Positions 18,014 to 24,586 of a DNA stretch of 24,586 nucleotides are shown here, one piece after another; the stretch's first letter is position 1, and each line of letters begins with the position of its first letter. The notes under the pieces were generated by a model. The model was not told the origin of the DNA. It searched no databases and saw only the letters and a program-made list of their open reading frames with translations. The stretch is taken from NCBI GenBank assembly GCA_042216675.1, contig JBDGTS010000058.1, forward strand, positions 1-24,586. Direction: 5' to 3'. The position numbers and the translations under genes are program-made. Source of the DNA: Halobacteriaceae archaeon. GTDB taxonomy: Archaea > Halobacteriota > Halobacteria > Halobacteriales > Halobacteriaceae.

Positions 18014-19300
18014 TCAGTTTCGGTGGTCGTGAACGCGCTGGACCTTGCCGACCTCCGTGCGGTCGATACCGCCGGGGTCCACCAGGTCGAGTTCGTCCGG
18101 CGTGAACGAGAGCACGTTCTGCAACCGTTTCAGAATCACCTCACGGAGTTCCTCCTCTTCGCGCTCGCACTCCGCGTCTACCTCGATGGTGAGTTCCATC
18201 ACGTCGAGGTTGCCCTCCTTGTGGAGGTCGATGCGGTAGTGGGGTGCGACGCCGTCGACGTCGACGACGACGTGTTCGATTTCGCTCGGGTAGAGGTTGA
18301 CCCCGCGGACGACGAGCAGGTCGTCCGCGCGGCCGGTGACGTTGTCCATCCGGACCATGGTCCGACCGCACTCACACTCGTCGTAGGTGAGCGTCGTCAG
18401 GTCGCCGGTGCGGTAGCGCAGGACCGGCAGCGCCTCCTTCGTGAGCGTGGTGATGACGAGTTCGCCCTCCTCGCCCTCCGCGACGGGTTCGCCCGTCTGC
18501 GGGTCGACGACCTCGGGATAGAAGAGGTCCTCCCAGATGTGCAGGCCGTCCTGGGCCTCGTGACACTCCGCGGCGACGCCCGGGCCGATGATCTCGGAGA
18601 GGCCGTAGTTGTTGATGCCGGTGGCACCCAGGCGTTCCTCGATTTCGGCGCGCATCGGTTCGGTACACGTCTCCGCGCCGTAGGCGACGACCGAAACCGA
18701 GAGGTCCCGCGGGTCGATGCCCATCTCCTCGGCGGTCTCTGCGAAGTACAGCGCGTACGAGGGCGTACACGCGAGCACGTCGCTGTCGAGGTCCTGTGCG
18801 AGTTCTATCTGGCGCTGGGTCCCGCCACTGCTGGTCGGGACGACGGTCGTCCCGAGTTCCTCCGCACCCTGGTGGAAGCCGAGGCCGCCGGTGAACAGCC
18901 CGTAGCCGTAGGCGTTCTGGACGGTGTCACCGGGTCCGGCGCCCGCCGCGTCCAGCGAGCGCGCCATCGCCCGCCGCCAGAGGTCGAGGTCTGACTCGGT
19001 GTAGGAGACGATCTTGGGCTTGCCGGTGGTCCCCGACGAGGCGTGGATGCGACGGATGGCGTCGTCGTCGACGGCGAAGAGGCCGTCGGGGTACTCGTCG
19101 CGGAAGTCCTCCTTGGTCGTCATCGGGAGCGTCGTGACGTCGTCGACGCTCTCGATGTCCTCGGGGGACACGCCGGCTTCGTCGAGTTGCTCGCGATAGA
19201 ACGGGACGTTCTCGTACGCACGTTCGACCGTCTTCCGGAGCCGCTCGGCCTGCAGTTCTCGCAGCTCTGGCCGGTCGAGTGACTCGTTACTGCTTCGCAT
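18014..19300 (-). CDS. paaK: Phenylacetate-CoA ligase
   Basis: HASSGTTGKP, AYGYGLFTGGLGFH, CTPSYAL, YGLSEIIGPGVA, LRYRTGD, RGVNLYPSEIE. Confidence 0.92.
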   Translation of the reverse strand: MRSSNESLDRPELRELQAERLRKTVERAYENVPFYREQLDEAGVSPEDIESVDDVTTLPMTTKEDFRDEYPDGLFAVDDDAIRRIHASSGTTGKPKIVSYTESDLDLWRRAMARSLDAAGAGPGDTVQNAYGYGLFTGGLGFHQGAEELGTTVVPTSSGGTQRQIELAQDLDSDVLACTPSYALYFAETAEEMGIDPRDLSVSVVAYGAETCTEPMRAEIEERLGATGINNYGLSEIIGPGVAAECHEAQDGLHIWEDLFYPEVVDPQTGEPVAEGEEGELVITTLTKEALPVLRYRTGDLTTLTYDECECGRTMVRMDNVTGRADDLLVVRGVNLYPSEIEHVVVDVDGVAPHYRIDLHKEGNLDVMELTIEVDAECEREEEELREVILKRLQNVLSFTPDELDLVDPGGIDRTEVGKVQRVHDHRN

Positions 19301-19606
19301 ATCTCGTACAGTGAACGGAACACGTCAAAAAGATTCGTGATGTGGCTCCGGTCAGCCCAGGTGCGGGCGGCCCCTGTCGGCGAGGCGGCGATAGTCGGCC
19401 GTCGTCCCGGTGCCGGCGTCCGGGTGGTCCGCCGGACGATGGCGTGGTCTTCACCGGGCACCTCGGGGGACGGGCCGAGTTCCTCGACGAGGACGACACG
19501 CCTGACTGCTCGTGGGCGACCCATCACACGGGTGCTCCTCCCGCTCCTCGTCGGCCGACTGCGCCCCCGGTTTTATGTGACCGGCTGGAGTTATCCGGCC
19601 TGTAGC

Positions 19607-20890
19607 ATGTCTGGCAGCGGTAGCATCTGGTCGGCCCCGCACAAGCGACGGTGGATAGGCTGGGCGGCGCTCGCGGGTGCGTTCATCCTGGTTAACTTCC
19701 ATCGCGTCTCGACGGGCGTCCTCGCCGAGACGCTCGCGAGCGTGTTCGAAACGACCGGCGCACAACTCGGCTTGCTCCACTCGGCGTTCTTCTACGTCTA
19801 CGCGCCGATGCAACTGTTCGCGGGCGTCCTCGCCGACCGCATGGGCACGCGCCGCGTCGCCACCGTCGGGTCGGCCGTCATGGGACTCGGCGTCATCTGG
19901 TTCGCGGTCAGCGGGAGTTACGTCGAGGGCTTTCTCGCCCGCCTCCTCATCGGCCTCGGTGGCGGCGTCATCTACATCGCCACGTTGCGCTACTGTGCGA
20001 ACTGGTTCCGCGCCGACGAGTTCGCCACGATTACCGGCCTGACCCTCTCGGCGTCGGCAGTCGGCGGCCTGCTCGCTACGACGCCACTGGCCATCCTGAT
20101 CGGGGAAGCCGGCTGGCGCGACGGCCTGTTCGGCATCGGTGCCGTCGGCTTCCTGTTCACTACGGGCGTCTTCGTGCTTGTCCGTGACTCCCCGTCGACG
20201 GCCGGCCTACCGGGCATCGACGGTGCGCCCGAGGCAACAGAGCAGACGCTCTCCGAGGTCCTGGCAGGCGTCCGTGCGGTCTCCGCCCAGGGGGAGACGT
20301 GGATAATGGGGGCCATGCTGTTTTTCGCGACCGGCATGAACTTCACCGTCATGGGGCTGTGGGGCGTCCCCTACGTCGTCCAGGCGTACGACGTGTCGGT
20401 CCAGACGGCGTCGATGTACACGCTCGTCGGGAACGGCGGCCTCATCGTCGGGTCGCCCGTCCTCGGGTGGCTCTCGGACCGCCTCGAACGTCGCACCGGC
20501 ATCATCCTCACTGCCGCAGTGGTGTACCTGGTCGCGTACGCGAGCATCGTCGCCCTCGGAACGCCACCGCTGTGGTACGTCGGCCTCGTCTTCTTCGTCG
20601 TGATGTTCCTGCTGGGTGGCTTCACGCTGTCCTACACCGTCATCAAGGAACGCCACGCCACCGAGCGGTCGGGGACCGCCACGGGCATGATAAACGGGAT
20701 GGGCTTCCTGGGAGCGGCCGTCCTCCCCGGCGTCATGGGCTGGGTCCTCGACGTCTTCTGGACCGGCGAGACCGTCGCGGGGAGTCGCGTGTACACGCTC
20801 GTCGGCTACCGCGTCGCGTTCGGCGTCGCCGCCGTGAGCGGCCTCGTCGCGCTCGTCTGTGCCGCGTGGCTCCATCGGCGCACGCGCTAG
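19607..20890 (+). CDS. MFS transporter
   Basis: ATG 19607; about 12 hydrophobic segments; motif A GVLADRMGTRR and its repeat GWLSDRLERR. Confidence 0.9.
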   Translation: MSGSGSIWSAPHKRRWIGWAALAGAFILVNFHRVSTGVLAETLASVFETTGAQLGLLHSAFFYVYAPMQLFAGVLADRMGTRRVATVGSAVMGLGVIWFAVSGSYVEGFLARLLIGLGGGVIYIATLRYCANWFRADEFATITGLTLSASAVGGLLATTPLAILIGEAGWRDGLFGIGAVGFLFTTGVFVLVRDSPSTAGLPGIDGAPEATEQTLSEVLAGVRAVSAQGETWIMGAMLFFATGMNFTVMGLWGVPYVVQAYDVSVQTASMYTLVGNGGLIVGSPVLGWLSDRLERRTGIILTAAVVYLVAYASIVALGTPPLWYVGLVFFVVMFLLGGFTLSYTVIKERHATERSGTATGMINGMGFLGAAVLPGVMGWVLDVFWTGETVAGSRVYTLVGYRVAFGVAAVSGLVALVCAAWLHRRTR

Positions 20891-20946
20891 TGGGACGTGA
20901 TTGCCGCGACCAGTACGCCTTTAGACGTCTCCTCGCACCCTCGAAC

Positions 20947-21366
20947 ATGAAGGATTCACCGTACACCTACGGGACAGCTATCACCGTTCGATTCCGTGAC
21001 CTCGACCCGATGGGCCAGGTCCACAACGGCGTCGTCCTCCAGTACGTCGAGGAGGCCCGCGTCCGGTACTTCCGGGACGTGCTCGACGAAGACATCACGG
21101 CGATGAACGGGGCCATCGTCCAGCAGGACGTCGAGTACGCGACGCCCATCGACTACGGCTCGTCGGTGTCGGTCAGGTATCGCGTCGCGAGCGTCGGCGA
21201 GACGAGTCTCACGATGGCGTTCGAGGTCATCGCGGACGACGCCGTCGCCGCACACGGCGAAGTCGTCCACGTCGCTCTCGACGAAGACGACGCACCAACG
21301 GCCGTTCCGAATGCGTGGCGCGAGCGTATCGAGCAGTTCGAGAAGACGGTCGACGGCGAAACGTAG
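20947..21366 (+). CDS. Acyl-CoA thioesterase (4HBT/FcbC/YbgC hotdog family)
   Basis: ATG 20947; VRFRDLDPMGQVHNGVVLQYVEEAR, and PTAVPNAWR at the C-terminus. Confidence 0.88.
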   Translation: MKDSPYTYGTAITVRFRDLDPMGQVHNGVVLQYVEEARVRYFRDVLDEDITAMNGAIVQQDVEYATPIDYGSSVSVRYRVASVGETSLTMAFEVIADDAVAAHGEVVHVALDEDDAPTAVPNAWRERIEQFEKTVDGET

Positions 21367-21381
21367 CGAGTGTGTGTGTGG

Positions 21382-22650
21382 TCAGTGGTCGATGCGCGTG
21401 ATTTCCTCGACGGGCCACTGACTGAGGATTTCGACGCCGTTCTCGCGGACGACGACCATCTCCTCGACGCGGACGCCCTGGCGGTCGGCCGGCTGCATCG
21501 TCTCGACGGCCATCGTCATGCCCTCCTCGATTTCGATGGGGTGGTCGGGCGAGAGGCCGCGCCAGATGAGCGGAACCTCGTAGAGCTGCAGGCCCAGGCC
21601 GTGGGCCCAGTGGTTGGTCGTCATCTGCCAGAAGTCGTCGGCGTCGTACCAGTTCATGTGCTCGCCGTCCTCGTCCGGGAAGCCCTTGCAAATCTCGTCG
21701 GTGGTCGCCCCGGGCTCGATGCGTTCGAGCACGTCGTAGAGGTCGTCGCGCGCTTTCTCGTAGGCGTCTTTCTGTGCCTGCGTCGGCTCACCCATGGAGA
21801 AAGTGCGGTAGTAACAGGAGCGATAGCCCATGAAACCGATGTTGTAGAAGTCGGCGTACACGAGGTCGCCCGGACGAATCATGCGGTCGGTGGTGTTAGC
21901 CTGGTGTTTCGGCCACGTGTTCGGGCCGGAGGTGACGTAGCCGCCCTGGGCCATCGCGCCGTGGCGCCAGATTTCGCCCACCGCGTCGCCCCAGACCTCG
22001 GATTCGAGTTTGCCGGGCTTGGCGCTCTCGGTAATCTCCTGGAAGCCCGCCTCACAGATGGCGGCGACCTGGCGGAGACACTCGATTTCGTCGCGCGTCT
22101 TCACCTTGCGCGCGTCCAGCATGATGTCCGTCGCCGTACTCGTGTCGACGTCGACGCCGCGGTCCTCGAACTTCTCGACGAGCGCGCCGTTGGCGACGTC
22201 GATGCCCATCGGCTCCTTGGCGACGCCGTACTCCTCCATGGCCTCGTAAACCGTCTCGGCCATCTTGTCCTTGAGCCAGTTGCGCGCCGAGGGGCGGCCG
22301 GAGGCGCGCGGGACGTTCCCGAGGCCGGGACAGGCGTAGCGAATGTCGTCCAGCCAGGGGCAGTTGAACTCCTGATTCGAGGCGTGGTCGGCCGTGTCCC
22401 AGTGGACGACGTCGCCGTCCTCCGTGAGGAGGGTGTAGTGGTCGGCACCGCTGCCACCGGTCATGGCGAGGCCGGTCACGTAGCGGACGTTCGGGTCGTT
22501 GATGAGTAGCATCGACCCGAGTTCCGAGTCCTGGAGTCGCTCGAGCGCCCGCTCCTTGCGCTCGCGGCGCATCCGTTGCATGTTGATGCGCTCTTCCCAG
22601 TCGACAGCCATGGTTCCACGCGTCCCTTCCATGAAGTCGCGCTCGTACAT
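21382..22650 (-). CDS. M24 (pita-bread) family enzyme, Xaa-Pro peptidase/creatinase-like, atypical metal ligands
   Basis: Creatinase-like N-domain (PNVRYVTG), RKVKTRDEI, PGDLVYAD, HGLGL, GMTMAVE, GVRVEE. ATG 22650. Confidence 0.87.
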   Translation of the reverse strand: MYERDFMEGTRGTMAVDWEERINMQRMRRERKERALERLQDSELGSMLLINDPNVRYVTGLAMTGGSGADHYTLLTEDGDVVHWDTADHASNQEFNCPWLDDIRYACPGLGNVPRASGRPSARNWLKDKMAETVYEAMEEYGVAKEPMGIDVANGALVEKFEDRGVDVDTSTATDIMLDARKVKTRDEIECLRQVAAICEAGFQEITESAKPGKLESEVWGDAVGEIWRHGAMAQGGYVTSGPNTWPKHQANTTDRMIRPGDLVYADFYNIGFMGYRSCYYRTFSMGEPTQAQKDAYEKARDDLYDVLERIEPGATTDEICKGFPDEDGEHMNWYDADDFWQMTTNHWAHGLGLQLYEVPLIWRGLSPDHPIEIEEGMTMAVETMQPADRQGVRVEEMVVVRENGVEILSQWPVEEITRIDH

Positions 22651-22777
22651 CAGCACCCAGTACACACAGGGGGCTAATCAAACTCCGGATTTGCCACGCT
22701 CGCCCGACAGGTGCCCGAACGCGCACGGCAAGCCACCCACCCGCAACTATAACTGACTGCCGCCAGCACTGACGGCC

Positions 22778-23248
22778 ATGTCACACGAGACGCCGATTCG
22801 CGTCGACCACGTCGGCATCGCCGTCGAGTCCATCGCCGACGCCGAACCCGTCCTGTTGGCGCTGGGTTGTCGGAAACTCATCGAGGAATCAGTCGAGGGC
22901 CGGTTCCGCTGGGCACAGTACGACTTCGAGATGGGTGCGTCCCGCCTGGAACTCATCGAACCGGAGGCCGACGACACCTTCCTGACGGCGTACCTCGACG
23001 AGCACGGCCCGGGCTTACACCACGTCACGCTGGAAGTCGCGGCCATCGACCCTCTCGTCGCGACGCTGGAGGACGCCGGGTACGACGTCGTCGAGTACCG
23101 GGAGTACGAGGACTGGACGGAAGCGTTCGTGCCGCCGTCGAATCCGACCGGCGCGCTCTTCCAGTTGTTCGAGTATCACGAGGGGTACGACGAAGGACGG
23201 CCGCCGGCCGACTGTCTCTACGTCGACGGCACGCGGCTCTCGGAGTGA
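22778..23248 (+). CDS. VOC family protein (methylmalonyl-CoA epimerase-like)
   Basis: DHVGIAV, LELIEP, GPGLHHVTLEV, LFQLFE; TATAA ~26-30 nt upstream. Confidence 0.85.
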   Translation: MSHETPIRVDHVGIAVESIADAEPVLLALGCRKLIEESVEGRFRWAQYDFEMGASRLELIEPEADDTFLTAYLDEHGPGLHHVTLEVAAIDPLVATLEDAGYDVVEYREYEDWTEAFVPPSNPTGALFQLFEYHEGYDEGRPPADCLYVDGTRLSE

Positions 23249-23263
23249 GAACGGGCGGGAAAA

Positions 23264-24226
23264 TCAGACCTGGTCGAGGCCGTTCTCGTCGCGGAGCGTG
23301 TTGATGTACTCGCGGAAGCCAGTTTCGAGGTCGTACTCGACCTCGTAGCCGAGGTCCTCCTGGGCGGCGGTCATGTCCAGGTTCTGGGTCCACGGGAGTT
23401 CGCCCTCGTCGGACACTTCGAGGTCGGCGTCCGGGACGATGTCACGGACGGCGTCGGCGGCCTCGCGGATGGTGGCGAGTTCGCCGCGGACGTTGTAGAT
23501 GCGCTGGCTGAGGTCGTCCTCGGGGGCGAACGCCGCCTTGCGGAACGCCTGGGCGATGTCGCGGGCGTGCTGCCAGTCGATGACCTGGTCGCCGTACTCG
23601 ACGCTGAACGACTCCTCAAGCGCCGGCTTCTCGACGATGTTCGCGAGGAACGCCGAGCCACCGGTCTCGCGGTAGGGACCGTACGCGACGGTCGGGCGCA
23701 GGCCGACGTGGGAGACGTCGTGGTCCTCGAAGTAGACGCGGGCCTGGTGCTCGTTGTACTCCTTGGTCGCGCCGTAGAGCGTGTCGGGGTAGACGAGTTC
23801 GTCCTCGTCGACGTACTCGGCGTCGTAGTTGTGCGGCGGCGCGTAGACGGCAGCGCTGGACGCCCAGGCGACGCGTTCGACCTGGTCGTCGAGCGTGCGG
23901 GCCGCCTCGAAGACGTTGTTCGTCCCGGCGACGTTGACGTCGAGGGCCGCACGCGGGTTGTCACGCGCGGTGTTGGTCAGCAGCGCGGCCAGGTGGATGA
24001 TGTGGGTCGTGCCCGTCTCCTTGACCGCGCGGATGACGTCGGTCGCCTCGGAGACGTCGCCGCGACGGATGGTCACGTCGTCGGCGACGCCGAGTTTGTC
24101 GAGGATGCGGTCGTCCGTCGACAGGTCGTACGCCACGACGTCGTGTCCCGCGTCGACGAGGTCTTCGACCACGTACGACCCGAGGAAACCAGTACCTCCA
24201 GTAACGAGTACAGTATTGTCTGCCAT
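23264..24226 (-). CDS. Extended SDR, NAD-dependent epimerase/dehydratase family
   Basis: TGGTGFLG, HLAA, NVAGT, SSAAVY, catalytic YGATK. Confidence 0.9.
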   Translation of the reverse strand: MADNTVLVTGGTGFLGSYVVEDLVDAGHDVVAYDLSTDDRILDKLGVADDVTIRRGDVSEATDVIRAVKETGTTHIIHLAALLTNTARDNPRAALDVNVAGTNNVFEAARTLDDQVERVAWASSAAVYAPPHNYDAEYVDEDELVYPDTLYGATKEYNEHQARVYFEDHDVSHVGLRPTVAYGPYRETGGSAFLANIVEKPALEESFSVEYGDQVIDWQHARDIAQAFRKAAFAPEDDLSQRIYNVRGELATIREAADAVRDIVPDADLEVSDEGELPWTQNLDMTAAQEDLGYEVEYDLETGFREYINTLRDENGLDQV

Positions 24227-24332
24227 CGTATACCAACGTGGTCACGTAGCTAAATAAAAAACCTTGTTGTTGACACCCGAAGGCGTCGGAATCACCGACA
24301 GATACTTCCAGCGACGTTCCGACCGTCCGGGT

Positions 24333-24572
24333 ATGTCACGCGAGACCATCCAGCCCGATGGCCTCATCGACGCACCGAGTATCGGATACAGTCACGCCAT
24401 CGTCGAGGACGGGACCCTGTATATGTCCGGCCAGGTCGGCTGGGACGAGGAGTTCGAACTCGCCGGCGAGGACGTCCAGTCCCAGGCCCGCAAAGCGTTC
24501 GAGAACGTCGAAACGCTTCTCGCCGAAGTGGACGGTCGCGTCTCAGAACCGTTTAGACTTCACCTCCAGTAG
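24333..24572 (+). pseudogene. RidA/YjgF family protein, 3'-truncated
   Basis: ATG 24333; YSHAI, LYMSGQVG, QARKAFENV. Homology stops after ...LAEVD (24533) and the ORF ends at 79 aa, without the C-terminal half of a ~125 aa RidA. Confidence 0.75.
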
Positions 24573-24586
24573 CCTCGACCGAGGCG
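24534..24586 (-). mobile_element. Probable IS terminus interrupting the RidA gene
   Basis: Abrupt loss of RidA homology at GGTCGCGTCTCAGAAC, a G-rich ...GTCNNAGAA pattern similar to the IR-like 15-mer at 40-54 (9/15 identical). Minus-strand frames end in stops just before it. Confidence 0.45.

Noticed and set aside
19337-19606. Extended start of the MFS ORF (likewise 20299-20946 for the thioesterase)
   Set aside because: Arg/Pro-rich non-homologous extensions; the thioesterase extension overlaps the MFS gene. Real starts are 19607 and 20947.
21382-22650. Calling the M24 protein a DMSP lyase DddP
   Set aside because: Several acidic residues I recall as DddP ligands or catalytic base (DxD, second-site Asp, HGVGLCD Asp) are not conserved here.

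Overview
High-GC haloarchaeal (Halobacteria) DNA, judged from the acidic proteins, the Tat-lipoprotein signal and TATA boxes about 25-30 nt upstream of ATGs (leaderless-type promoters). From left to right: a possible IS-end remnant; a convergent pair encoding an SMC-like Sph protein and a rod-determining factor RdfA homologue; a GNAT acetyltransferase with a Cys-rich N-terminus; an AT-richer ~830 bp non-coding stretch; and an IclR regulator. A ~19 kb uptake/catabolic cluster follows: UspA, Liv-type ABC transporter with fused permease, aldehyde dehydrogenase, tandem-EthD protein, atypical HD protein, small acidic protein, soluble PAS chemotransducer, acetyl-CoA synthetase, PaaI thioesterase, PaaK ligase, MFS transporter, second hotdog thioesterase, atypical M24 enzyme, VOC protein, extended SDR and a RidA gene truncated at the window end, apparently by an IS. 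The main hypothesis is an island that couples uptake and CoA-dependent catabolism of an unknown (aryl-)acid or amide to chemotaxis and Sph/RdfA cell-shape control. Family calls come from motif recognition only; no searches were run.
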